64,000 nucleotides of DNA from Bdellovibrionales bacterium. GTDB lineage: Bacteria; Bdellovibrionota; Bdellovibrionia; Bdellovibrionales; UBA1609. The notes beneath the pieces were generated by a model that ran no database searches, was not told the DNA's origin, and saw nothing but the letters and a program-made list of their open reading frames with translations. Below, piece after piece: positions 9,993-19,301 of this stretch. A program made the position numbers and the translations under genes. How positions within the stretch are numbered: position 1 is the stretch's first letter; each line of letters begins with the position of its first letter. The stretch is from positions 32,724 to 96,723 of the forward strand of contig JALZUR010000022.1 in the NCBI GenBank assembly GCA_023301025.1, given 5' to 3'.

Positions 9993-11618
9993 ATGTCTAA
10001 ACAATTTATACCAATGGATAAACAGCCAGATCTCAACAAAAAACATTCTTTTATTTTAGAAAATCCAACACTGTCTGAAGAGACTGTACCCATGGATGTT
10101 TTGTTTGTTGGTGCAGGTCCTGCAGGTTTGGCTGGAGCTATTAAACTTGCACAACTCGTAAAAGATGATGAAAAATTAAAAGACATTGAAATTGGCGTAT
10201 TAGAAAAGGCAGAATCTTTAGGAGGACATACTCTTTCTGGAGCTGTTATAAACCCCGTTGCTTTTAAAGAGCTTTTTCCAGATTTAAAAGAATCAGATTT
10301 TCCTTTTAAAGAAAAGGTTAAAGGTGAGGCGGTTTATATGCTGACACCAAAAGGAAAACTTAGACTCCCTACACCCCCAACCATGAAAAACCACGGAAAC
10401 TATGCTTCAAGTCTTTGTGAAGTCGTTAGATGGATGGGTGAAAAAGCAGAAGACTTAGGGGTTAATGTTTTTACTAGTTTCCCAGCAGACTCACTTTTAA
10501 TTAAAGACGGGGCTGTAATTGGCACACGTACAACTCCGACAGGTCTGAATAAAGACGGAAGCCCTGGGTCACAGCACGTTGAAGGCACAGATGTCACAGC
10601 AAAAGTCACAGTACTTACTGAAGGAACGAGAGGCCCTTTAGCCCAATCTTATTTAAAATGGGCCAAGCTTGAATCTAGCTCTCCTCAGATATACGCCTTA
10701 GGTGTTAAAGAGGTATGGAAAATTAAAAAGCCTTTAGATAAGGTGATCCACACATTGGGCTGGCCCTTAGGAGATACTTTTGGAGGCTCATGGATTTATC
10801 CTATGGGGGACAATAAGATCTCTTTAGGTTTAGTTGCTGGCCTTGATTATAAAAAAGCCGACTTAGATGTTCACTACGAACTCCAAAAGTTAAAAGAACA
10901 CCCTTTATTTAAAGAACTTCTAGAAGGTGGAGAACTTTTAGAATGGGGGGCTAAAACAATTCCTGAAGGAGGCTACCATTCACTTCCTAAAAAACTTTCA
11001 GGTGACGGTATTCTACTAAGTGGAGACTGTGCCGGATTTGTTAATGTACCTGCTTTAAAGGGTATTCACTATGCAATGACTGGTGGGATAAAAGCTGCTG
11101 AAGCTATCTATAATAATTTAAAAGAAGAAGCCTCTTTAGGTTTATATGATAAAAGCGTTCAGGAGTCTTTTATTTACAAAGATTTAAAAAAAGTTAGAAG
11201 CTTTAGACAAGCCTTTAAAGGTGGTTTTTGGTTAGGTACAATTAAAGCTGCTCTTTTAACAATAACTGGTGGTGCTTTTCCACGCGTTAAACCTCACACA
11301 AAAGAAGATTCAGAAGAACCAAAGACTTTTGAGTTTAATGCTCAAAAAAATATTGGCCTTAAAAAAGTAGATGCTGTTTTTCAATCAGCGAACAAGACCA
11401 GAGACGACATTCCTCCTCACCTAAATGCAGAAGATGAGATTTCTGAAGAGCTTGCAAAGTTTTATGAACACCTCTGCCCTGCTGGGGTCTATGAAGTAGT
11501 TGATGGGAAACTTAAGATCAACGCTCCAAACTGCATAGACTGTAAAGCAACTGATGTTTTAGGTCCAAGGTGGCAGCCAAGAGAAGGTGGTGCAGGTCCA
11601 AGCTACACATTGATGTAG
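9993..11618 (+). CDS. electron-transfer flavoprotein:ubiquinone oxidoreductase (ETF-QO)
   Basis: FAD-binding DVLFVGAGPAGLAGAIKLA, plus the C-terminal 4Fe-4S region LCPAGVYEV…NAPNCIDCKATDV. SD AAAGGGG lies upstream. Confidence 0.85.
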   Translation: MSKQFIPMDKQPDLNKKHSFILENPTLSEETVPMDVLFVGAGPAGLAGAIKLAQLVKDDEKLKDIEIGVLEKAESLGGHTLSGAVINPVAFKELFPDLKESDFPFKEKVKGEAVYMLTPKGKLRLPTPPTMKNHGNYASSLCEVVRWMGEKAEDLGVNVFTSFPADSLLIKDGAVIGTRTTPTGLNKDGSPGSQHVEGTDVTAKVTVLTEGTRGPLAQSYLKWAKLESSSPQIYALGVKEVWKIKKPLDKVIHTLGWPLGDTFGGSWIYPMGDNKISLGLVAGLDYKKADLDVHYELQKLKEHPLFKELLEGGELLEWGAKTIPEGGYHSLPKKLSGDGILLSGDCAGFVNVPALKGIHYAMTGGIKAAEAIYNNLKEEASLGLYDKSVQESFIYKDLKKVRSFRQAFKGGFWLGTIKAALLTITGGAFPRVKPHTKEDSEEPKTFEFNAQKNIGLKKVDAVFQSANKTRDDIPPHLNAEDEISEELAKFYEHLCPAGVYEVVDGKLKINAPNCIDCKATDVLGPRWQPREGGAGPSYTLM

Positions 11619-11662
11619 AGTAAAGTATTTTATCTTAAAGATTTTATGAATAACTTAGAAAT

Positions 11663-11696
11663 AAAAAAAGACAGTCTAGAGAACTGTCTTTTTTTA
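11663..11696. terminator. bidirectional rho-independent terminator between convergent ETF-QO and peptidase genes
   Basis: AAAAAAAGACAGT-ctagaga-ACTGTCTTTTTTT: a 7-bp perfect stem flanked by an A-run and a T-run. Confidence 0.6.
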
Positions 11697-11729
11697 TGTG
11701 AAATGCTTTTAAAATCTATTACAGCAAAA

Positions 11730-13664
11730 TTACTTTGAAGCTTTTTTCTCATCTTCTATAGAGTTTAAAAAATCTATAGTGCCTTCAAAGGCTTTTTTGG
11801 CAGATTCTTTTCTAGAAAATCCATGTCCTTCTTTTTCTAAAACAACGTACTCCACTGGGATCTTTAATTTATTGAGCCTATCAACATACTGATCCATCTC
11901 AGCTTTTACAGTTCGTGTGTCATTTTCTGCTTGATAAATCTTTAGAGGGGTTTTTATCTTTTGTGCATGAAAGTAAGGGGAGCGCTCTCTGTAGAGAAGC
12001 TTATCTTTTTTAGGATGACCCATTTCAGTTAAAAACTCATTTTGCCACGCTGGATCTGGAGGAATTGATTTATAAAATGTAAACAAATTAGAGATGGCAA
12101 GCATTGCAACAGCCCCCTTAAACTCTTTAGGAAACTGAGTGATTGCAGATAAAGTTGAATAGCCACCAAAACTTGCGCCCACAATAAAAAAATTGTCAGC
12201 ATCAATATATTTTTCTTGAATTAGAGCACGCTTACCCCAAATCAAGTCCTTGATGTGACCACCACCCCAGTCTTTATCATTTAAAGTTTCAAACTTTTTA
12301 CCAAAACCAGTGGAACCCCTAAAGTTTGGTGCAAATACAACGTATCCATTCAAGACCCAGTATTGAAAAAGCCCTCTATACCTATGTGAGCTGTGACTGT
12401 CTGGCCCTCCGTGAGGCCACAATATAACAGGTCGCTTTTCATTACTCTTTAACCACTCGTCTTTTGCGTAGATAATACTGTGAATATTTTTTCCATCAAA
12501 GCCCTTAAATTCAAAGTCATAAGACTTTGCAAAGTCATTGTTTTTGATTTTAGATCTATTTACTTTAGTTATAGCTTTAAGTTTTGCTTTAGCTTTTTTT
12601 GATAGATCAAAAGTATAGTAGTCTCCAGGTTTATCAGAACTTACAAGCATAACAAAAGCCTGAGTGGTGCCCGGATAAACTCTAAAACCAGATGCTATAG
12701 CATTTTTAGGAAGTGGTGTAACAAGCCCTTCTCCAAAAACACCATCAAAAAGCTTTATTTCAACCTTGCCACTGTAAGATTCGATAACTTGAGTGATTTT
12801 TGATGATTTAGAATAGTAGCAAGAAAAGTCTTTGTCTTTTGATTTTTTTATCTCTGTTAATGTCCTGCTTGATTCAAGGTAATTTAGTGAAGCACAAAAC
12901 TTTCGATCACTTTTTTCATCTGTTTGGATATAAAGAATTGGCTTTTCTGGATGAAAAAAACTTGGATAAAAAACTGTCTTATTTCTCTTCTTTTTTAATC
13001 TAATTTCACCCGATTTCAAATCTAGCAAAGACAATGAAGACTCATTGTTTCCTTTAGAGATAGCAAGAGCCATATGTGTCTCTTTTGAATTTACTACCGC
13101 TGCGCCCCAACTGGTCTTACCTTTTGTAAGACGCTTAATACTTTTGTCTTTTTTATTAAATTTATAAATAGAGTATATTTTTTTATTTTCATGGTTTGAT
13201 CTAATAAATAAATGATCTGGATTATCAGAGTAAGTTTGGATACTAGCTTTAAAACCCTTGTTTACGAAAAGAGGCTGAGTTGTTTTTTTCTTAATATCGT
13301 AAGTGTAAATACCGTAGTTTTCGTCCCCATCATTATCAATGTAAAGGTAAACTGAACCGTACCAAGGATCTGTTGTTAGAGCCGAAATATTTCGTCCAAA
13401 GTCTTTTTGAAGTTTATATTTTTTAGACCTGTGGTTTAGAATATAGAGTTTAGAGTACTCATCATCTTTTTGCCTTAAAAGCACTAATGATTTTTTTAAG
13501 CCTTTTAAAGGTACAAGGCCTCTAGGTGAAACAATTTTACTAAACTCATCGTAAGATATTTCAGTGCTCGATTTTTTAACTTTTGCCCAAGCCTGCTCAG
13601 CTCCTGAAAATACGAAAACCATTGAAAACATCAATAAAAATATAGATTTTAAACCCATAAACAA
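11730..13664 (-). CDS. S9 prolyl oligopeptidase/dipeptidyl-aminopeptidase family serine peptidase (secreted)
   Basis: Signal peptide. An N-terminal beta-propeller-like region. Nucleophile elbow GASFGGYS and a C-terminal EGHGF His motif. Confidence 0.8.
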   Translation of the reverse strand: MFMGLKSIFLLMFSMVFVFSGAEQAWAKVKKSSTEISYDEFSKIVSPRGLVPLKGLKKSLVLLRQKDDEYSKLYILNHRSKKYKLQKDFGRNISALTTDPWYGSVYLYIDNDGDENYGIYTYDIKKKTTQPLFVNKGFKASIQTYSDNPDHLFIRSNHENKKIYSIYKFNKKDKSIKRLTKGKTSWGAAVVNSKETHMALAISKGNNESSLSLLDLKSGEIRLKKKRNKTVFYPSFFHPEKPILYIQTDEKSDRKFCASLNYLESSRTLTEIKKSKDKDFSCYYSKSSKITQVIESYSGKVEIKLFDGVFGEGLVTPLPKNAIASGFRVYPGTTQAFVMLVSSDKPGDYYTFDLSKKAKAKLKAITKVNRSKIKNNDFAKSYDFEFKGFDGKNIHSIIYAKDEWLKSNEKRPVILWPHGGPDSHSSHRYRGLFQYWVLNGYVVFAPNFRGSTGFGKKFETLNDKDWGGGHIKDLIWGKRALIQEKYIDADNFFIVGASFGGYSTLSAITQFPKEFKGAVAMLAISNLFTFYKSIPPDPAWQNEFLTEMGHPKKDKLLYRERSPYFHAQKIKTPLKIYQAENDTRTVKAEMDQYVDRLNKLKIPVEYVVLEKEGHGFSRKESAKKAFEGTIDFLNSIEDEKKASK

Positions 13665-13754
13665 CCCCTCTTTTAGGTATTCAATCTCAATTAAGCTAAG
13701 ATGTCACTTAGTAGTGGGTGCCTTAGTTTAATTACAACTTAATCTGCTTCTAAA

Positions 13755-14399
13755 TTGACTCTTTTAAGTACTGAGCTATATAAATTCTTTATGAAGATAA
13801 AATACAGTTTTAAAGATCTTGTAATAACTTATGATCTTGAATTTCAAATTAGTAAAATCGTAAAAACCTACTCTAATGCAACAGATGCCTTTTTATCCCC
13901 AATTGCTGGTAAAATCTTTGGTTTTCCCTGGGTTGAGGAAGTTACAGTTGCACCTAAAAGCATTACGATCAAACGACAAGATTGGGTGGATTTTGATATT
14001 ATTGCAGAACCACTAAAAGAGCTTATGGAGGAACATTTCAAGAGCATTTCCACTAATGACTCAATTGAAGAGAACCCTGAGCTAAAAAATCAGAATACAG
14101 AAGTGCACAAAAACAGTGATAGCACTTCAGATCCATCAAGTGAATTTGATCAAATAGCTAACTTTTTAGATCAAGAGGTCAACCCAATGGTAGCCTCACA
14201 TGGTGGTAAGATCACATTGGTGAATTACAATGATGGTCTTGTTAAACTAAAAATGGAGGGAGGCTGTCAGGGCTGCGGTATGGCCCAAGTCACCTTAAGA
14301 GATGGTGTTGAAAAATCACTAAAAGAAAATTTTTCGTTTATAAAATCTATACAAGACACCACTGATCACAATGAAGGGCTTAACCCCTTTATAAAATAA
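13755..14399 (+). CDS. Nfu/NifU-type Fe-S cluster scaffold (Nfu_N + NifU C-terminal domains)
   Basis: SPIAGKIFGFPWVEEVTVAPKSITIKR (Nfu N-domain) and NPMVASHGGKITLVNYNDGLVKLKMEGGCQGCGMAQVTL (CxxC NifU domain). The ATG at 13791 is an alternative start. Confidence 0.75.
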   Translation: MTLLSTELYKFFMKIKYSFKDLVITYDLEFQISKIVKTYSNATDAFLSPIAGKIFGFPWVEEVTVAPKSITIKRQDWVDFDIIAEPLKELMEEHFKSISTNDSIEENPELKNQNTEVHKNSDSTSDPSSEFDQIANFLDQEVNPMVASHGGKITLVNYNDGLVKLKMEGGCQGCGMAQVTLRDGVEKSLKENFSFIKSIQDTTDHNEGLNPFIK

Positions 14400-14421
14400 A
14401 GACTTTAACTAAGGAGTTTTA

Positions 14422-15006
14422 ATGTCTGAACCTTTTGATATTTTTAAAACTTGGCTAGAAGCTGCTAAAGAATTGGAACCTAGCTACCCTGAGTCTTTTA
14501 CTCTTTCAACTATATCACAAAAGGGTCAGCCTTCATCAAGAACTCTGCTTCTAAGAGGGCTATCAGATACTCACTACACTTTTTTTACAAACTACAATTC
14601 TAAAAAAGGACTAGAGATACTTTTTAATCCGAAAGCCTCTATGCTTTTTTATTGGAAGTCTATAAAGAAACAAGTACGCATTGAAGGAACATGCAAGCCC
14701 TCATCAAATGAAGTGTCTGATGAGTATTGGAAAAATCGCCCCTATGAAAGTAGACTTCATGCATATGTTTCAGAGCAAAGTAAAAAAATAGAACTCTCTA
14801 AATCTGAAGTAAATAAAAAGTTTAAAGACACAAGAACTGAATACCCCATTGACATCCCAAGACAAAAAAACTGGGGTGGTTATGACTTTATCCCAAATTA
14901 TTTTGAATTTTGGGAGGAGGGAGACTTTAGATGGCACAAAAGAGTAAGCTTTGAACTCGATACTAACAATAAAGAAAATTGGCTTAAAAACCAGCTCTAT
15001 CCTTAA
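14422..15006 (+). CDS. pdxH: pyridoxamine 5'-phosphate oxidase
   Basis: PSSRTLLLRG, IRIEG, YWKNRPYESR and WGGY…EFW motifs in PdxH order. SD AAGGAG lies upstream. Confidence 0.85.
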   Translation: MSEPFDIFKTWLEAAKELEPSYPESFTLSTISQKGQPSSRTLLLRGLSDTHYTFFTNYNSKKGLEILFNPKASMLFYWKSIKKQVRIEGTCKPSSNEVSDEYWKNRPYESRLHAYVSEQSKKIELSKSEVNKKFKDTRTEYPIDIPRQKNWGGYDFIPNYFEFWEEGDFRWHKRVSFELDTNNKENWLKNQLYP

Positions 15007-15845
15007 TTTTTAATTAAATTTTGCTTAAAACACTCAGATAAATAAATATCTTTTATTTTATTTTCAGTACGTGTGAGTTGATCAAATGGCATTGGCATTC
15101 GTATATGATAGTGCACTGTTTTTGGATCTGGAATTTCATATAAAACTCTTGGTTTAAGGTCAGGAGTTTTAACACCCTGTTTTTGGCTTCTGTAAGTGAT
15201 ATTCTCTTCTGCAGTTTTAAAATATGGATTACAGACCATGTTTGCAGACTCCAAAAGAATTTTTTGCTTTTTAAAAATGTTTTCATCAAGTGCAGAGGGA
15301 ATAACAAAAATGTTCAAATTATAATTGTCTCCTTTTGGAAGAACAAAAATACTTTCTGTAACTAAATGTGTGTTTGGAACTTTTATTTGTTTTCCTGTAA
15401 ATTGGTTAGACTGATCCCCAGGTCCAATTTCTAAAAGAGTTGTATTTAAAAAGTTATGCTCTAAGACTTCTCCTCGCTTGCCACTTATTGTAATTCTATC
15501 GCCTAGTTCAAACATACCTGTTGTGGCTTTTAAGATGCCACCAATCAAACACATGATAATTTCTTTAAAAGCCACCACAAAAGCCACAGCAACTGCTGCA
15601 AGTGAGAAAGCTATTGTTCTTAACTCATCTCCCCACATCATAAAAAACATGACAATTATCAGTAGCAACGTAGTTTTTCTAACGACTGATAACCACTTTT
15701 GTTTTCTTTCTTGGGCCTTAAAGTTGATCTGTTGCAGGGTTCTTATCATAAGCCATCTGATAAAAAATAAGAGTATAAAAAACAAAAGTGTCACAATAAA
15801 CTCTTGTTCTGTAAGATCTAAACCTAATTTTTGTATGTAATTCAT
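15003..15845 (-). CDS. mechanosensitive ion channel family protein (MscS-like, short)
   Basis: Three N-terminal TM helices, then LIGGILKATTGMFELGDRITISGKRGEVLEHNFL (MscS pore/beta-domain junction). Confidence 0.7.
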   Translation of the reverse strand: MNYIQKLGLDLTEQEFIVTLLFFILLFFIRWLMIRTLQQINFKAQERKQKWLSVVRKTTLLLIIVMFFMMWGDELRTIAFSLAAVAVAFVVAFKEIIMCLIGGILKATTGMFELGDRITISGKRGEVLEHNFLNTTLLEIGPGDQSNQFTGKQIKVPNTHLVTESIFVLPKGDNYNLNIFVIPSALDENIFKKQKILLESANMVCNPYFKTAEENITYRSQKQGVKTPDLKPRVLYEIPDPKTVHYHIRMPMPFDQLTRTENKIKDIYLSECFKQNLIKN

Positions 15846-15861
15846 AATCTAATTATACACC

Positions 15862-16638
15862 TTAAAAACTGTAATTTAAACTTGTTAAGTAATTTAAGTC
15901 AGTTTTTTCAACTCCAAAAGTAGGCTTAGAGTCATAAAAGTAGTTGGCCTCTACACTTACTGAAAAGTAACTATTTATAGGTATACTGTAGCCCATACTT
16001 GAAAGAACTCTAAAGTCTTCAAACTTATAAGGCTGAACATATAAGGTTAAAAAGTAGGTCTGTTTACTCTCTAATTCATAGTGATAAGACAGATAAAAGT
16101 TAAATCTGTAATTGTCTTGCCTTAATGGCGTATTTTCAAATAGCTCTTCACTTAGTTTTTCCCATTCATAAAACACACCAAATCCTAAAAACAAAGACTC
16201 TTTCGTTGTATCAAGAGCAGAGTACCTTAGAGCCTGTCCTAGAATATATCGGCTACTTAGCCTTTGAAACTCATCATACTCCCCTTGTGAAAAAAGCTCT
16301 AAACCCCATTGTTGTTTAAGTTTTACAGTGTATCTAAGGTGAGCTTTACCTTTATTAGTGTTTTTTTTAGACAAAGCTTCACCATAGCGATTGTTTAAGA
16401 ACAAGAGCCATTCCGTATCCGTAGTTTTATAAAAATTTGAGACAGAGTTATCAGAAATAAGCTTATCAACATTTCCTAAAGCCCCACTAACCCTAAAAGA
16501 ACCTGATCCATGATAGCCAGTTTTTTTGGTTCGTCTTAAACTTTCAATATTCATAAAAGCAAGGCTTTCTGATGAAACTAAAAAGAAATTTAAGAAGAGA
16601 ATAAAATTAAAACAGATGTATAGCTTATCTTTAGACAA
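15862..16638 (-). CDS. outer membrane beta-barrel protein (possibly DUF481/YdiY-like)
   Basis: Signal-peptide-like N-terminus, amphipathic strand periodicity and a terminal LNYSF. The family assignment is from memory only. TTG start. Confidence 0.45.
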   Translation of the reverse strand: MSKDKLYICFNFILFLNFFLVSSESLAFMNIESLRRTKKTGYHGSGSFRVSGALGNVDKLISDNSVSNFYKTTDTEWLLFLNNRYGEALSKKNTNKGKAHLRYTVKLKQQWGLELFSQGEYDEFQRLSSRYILGQALRYSALDTTKESLFLGFGVFYEWEKLSEELFENTPLRQDNYRFNFYLSYHYELESKQTYFLTLYVQPYKFEDFRVLSSMGYSIPINSYFSVSVEANYFYDSKPTFGVEKTDLNYLTSLNYSF

Positions 16639-16662
16639 AAAAAGGCCTCCAGTTTGGAGACC
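16637..16662 (-). terminator. putative rho-independent terminator after FKBP gene
   Basis: Minus strand reads AGGTCTCCA-aac-TGGAGGCCT followed by TTTTTTT (one mismatch in a 9-bp stem). The T-run overlaps the TTG start of the next ORF. Confidence 0.4.
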
Positions 16663-16728
16663 TATCGTAAAACTTAAAATTTAGAATTTAAAGCCTAAAA
16701 TTTAAATTTTTAAAACTTAAAAGTTTTT

Positions 16729-17433
16729 TTAAGAATCTTTTTTTGGCGTATCTAAAATTTCAAGAAGCTCAATATCAAATGTTAAAGTAGCTCCGGGTTT
16801 AATTTTTGGAGGGGCACCACGATCACCATAAGCCTGATCAGAAGGGCATGTTACTTTAGCTTTTCCACCAAGCTTCATCTTTTGAACAGCTGCTGTCCAA
16901 CATGGGATCACACGATTAAGAGGAAAAGTTGCTGGGTTTCCACGATCAACAGAGCTGTCAAAAACAACACCGTCTCTTAAAGTTCCATGGTAATGAACTT
17001 TTACAGTGTCTTCAGCTTTAGGACTCTCACCTTCACCAGCGTTTACAACTTTATAGACAACACCTGTCTCTAAAGTTTCAGCACCCTCTTCTTTTTTCAT
17101 TTTTTCGATGTAAGCTTTTGCAGCCTCTTTTTCAGTTTTAGCGATCTCTTTAGAACGTGAATCACTTATTTTGCTGATTTCTTTAGAAAACTCTTGCATG
17201 TCAACTTCACCAGCTTTTCCGGCAAGTCCATCTTTAACACCCTGAAACCAAATCTTAAGTTCAGCATCTGTGAGATTAAAATTTGATAAACGACGCGATT
17301 CTAGTTGTCCTAGCGTGTAAAATGTTTTTTCTTCGTCAGTACCGGCTTTAACCTCTGCTGAACCTTTACCATCTTTTAAACATCCCACTGCTAAAAGTGA
17401 GATCAAAAGCATTGAGAGTAGACTTGTCTTCAT
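16729..17433 (-). CDS. FKBP-type peptidyl-prolyl cis-trans isomerase lipoprotein (FkpA-like)
   Basis: Lipobox LLAVGC. FKBP core VHYHGTLRDGVVFDSSVDRGNPATFPLNRVIPCW…GATLTFDIELLEI. Confidence 0.85.
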   Translation of the reverse strand: MKTSLLSMLLISLLAVGCLKDGKGSAEVKAGTDEEKTFYTLGQLESRRLSNFNLTDAELKIWFQGVKDGLAGKAGEVDMQEFSKEISKISDSRSKEIAKTEKEAAKAYIEKMKKEEGAETLETGVVYKVVNAGEGESPKAEDTVKVHYHGTLRDGVVFDSSVDRGNPATFPLNRVIPCWTAAVQKMKLGGKAKVTCPSDQAYGDRGAPPKIKPGATLTFDIELLEILDTPKKDS

Positions 17434-17526
17434 AAAGTAATCCTTTGTTGTTATTTTTGATCCCTAATAGTGTACCTAGAGATTAAAAACTTGCAACTTG
17501 CAATCTCTAACATATTATGAATTGTT

Positions 17527-18387
17527 ATGAAAACCAGTTGGAAATTGCTCTTAATTTATACTTTTTTTGTTATTCTGTGGGGTGCTTTTGTTAGAGCCTC
17601 AGGTTCTGGCGATGGATGTGGTGCGCACTGGCCCACCTGCCATGGAGATGTTTTAATAGACTCTTCTTACGGAATAAAAACCTTTATTGAGTACTTTCAC
17701 AGAGGAAGTTCAGGCCTATATGGCATTTTTGTTTTAGTCTTAAGCTGCCTTACTATTTTTGGCTCTAAATTTACTAAAGAAACAAAGCTCTACGCCTTTG
17801 GAGTTTTATTTTTTACTGTTTTGGAATCTTTAATTGGCGCAAAACTTGTACTCTCTGAACTCGTTGGACAAAACACCTCTTTTGCTAGAGCTGTAGTGAT
17901 GATGATCCACTTAAGCAACACCCTGATTTTAGTTGCTTGCACCGTAGGAGTTTTAGTTAGTATCAACGCAAAAAAAGGCAGCCCTGCTGTAACAACACTC
18001 AACCTTTTAAAAAGATACAGCCCTTTTTTAATCTTATTCTTTTTAACTGGTGCTTCTGGTGCGCTTGCAGCCCTTGGCGATAGTCTCTACCCTAGCGAAA
18101 GTTTACTTGAAGGCTTTGCCATGGACTTTGATCCTACTAGTCCTTTTTTAATTAAAATAAGAGCCTTTCATCCATTTTTTGCTTTTATACTTTCGATGAT
18201 GGTTATCTTAAAGGTTTCACTTGAAAAAAAAGCTGGAATTTGGCTTTTAGGTATAGCAATTTTCGCTCTAGCACTAGGAGTTATAAACTTAGTACTTCTA
18301 GCTCCTATATGGATGCAAATTCTTCATCTACTCACAGCCTTGATCTTCTGGGTCACTTTTTTATACTACGCCTTTGAAAAAGAATAA
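17527..18387 (+). CDS. ctaA: heme A synthase (COX15/CtaA family)
   Basis: SGSGDGCGAHWPTCHG motif, EYFHR and about 8 TM helices. Confidence 0.7.
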   Translation: MKTSWKLLLIYTFFVILWGAFVRASGSGDGCGAHWPTCHGDVLIDSSYGIKTFIEYFHRGSSGLYGIFVLVLSCLTIFGSKFTKETKLYAFGVLFFTVLESLIGAKLVLSELVGQNTSFARAVVMMIHLSNTLILVACTVGVLVSINAKKGSPAVTTLNLLKRYSPFLILFFLTGASGALAALGDSLYPSESLLEGFAMDFDPTSPFLIKIRAFHPFFAFILSMMVILKVSLEKKAGIWLLGIAIFALALGVINLVLLAPIWMQILHLLTALIFWVTFLYYAFEKE

Positions 18388-18395
18388 CAAAACGC

Positions 18396-19301
18396 TCATG
18401 TTCGTCTTGTGGGTTTTTCTTTAAAAAAAAGATTAGCTACAATACATATCAGCACTACCAAAGCTCCAAGCATTTGCTTTGAAGTTAAAGCCTCTTCAAA
18501 AAAGTAATAGCCCACAAAAACAGATAAAGGGATTGCTAAAAAGTTAAGACTTGAGGCTTTAGAGACCACACTAAGCTGATAGGCTAGAGTTAAGAAGAGC
18601 TGCGCTAAAAATGAAAAAACAGCTAGAACTAAAATAGGCAATGCATCCATTGCACTTGGCATCACATAGCCACGAAGTATAAAGCCAATAAGAGCAGGCG
18701 GAATCAAACAGTACTGAAAGTACGACAAAACTAAAATAGGATGATCTGTTTTTCTTAAGCGCCTTATAAAGTTATAGGCAAGAGCCGAAAATACAGCAGC
18801 TAAAATGCCAAAAGCAAAATATAAAGATGTGTTTGCATCTACCCCAGGGCTTAAAATTTTTGTTTGAACACTACCTTTAATAAAATAAACACCAATAAAA
18901 GATGCAATGAAAAGTAGATATACCCTTAATGCTGACTTTTCTTTTAGTAAGAAATGAGAGACCACTAAAGCAAATATAGGGGCTAGCTGTTGTAAAGTCA
19001 CAGCTTGAGTCAAAGCAATATTCTGAAGACTTGAAAAATACAAAAAAAGAGCTGCACTTCCAAAAAAACCTCTAAGCAAAAGATCTTTTTTATTCACCCC
19101 TAAAATTGAAATCCTCATAAACAACAAATAAGGTAAACTAAACATCAAAACCCCAAGGGCTCTAAAAAATACAACTTGATGAACGGGGTAGTGCCCTAAA
19201 ATCTTAACTTGCGAGTGACTCACTAAAAACGTGAGGACTGCTAAAAAGCTAAATAATGGACCAATCCAAGAGGAGGACGTAATCTCCTTAATGTTAATCA
19301 T
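18396..19301 (-). CDS. EamA/DMT-family transporter
   Basis: Ten hydrophobic helices in two 5-TM halves, as in EamA-repeat proteins. Confidence 0.7.
   Translation of the reverse strand: MINIKEITSSSWIGPLFSFLAVLTFLVSHSQVKILGHYPVHQVVFFRALGVLMFSLPYLLFMRISILGVNKKDLLLRGFFGSAALFLYFSSLQNIALTQAVTLQQLAPIFALVVSHFLLKEKSALRVYLLFIASFIGVYFIKGSVQTKILSPGVDANTSLYFAFGILAAVFSALAYNFIRRLRKTDHPILVLSYFQYCLIPPALIGFILRGYVMPSAMDALPILVLAVFSFLAQLFLTLAYQLSVVSKASSLNFLAIPLSVFVGYYFFEEALTSKQMLGALVVLICIVANLFFKEKPTRRT

Noticed and set aside
9989-10609. Minus-strand ORFs 9989-10186 and 10400-10609
   Set aside because: They are antisense to ETF-QO.
15053-15840. ORFs 15053-15307(-), 15183-15365(+) and 15478-15840(+)
   Set aside because: They are alternative-frame or antisense ORFs inside the MscS-like gene. 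AT-rich sequence gives long stop-free runs.
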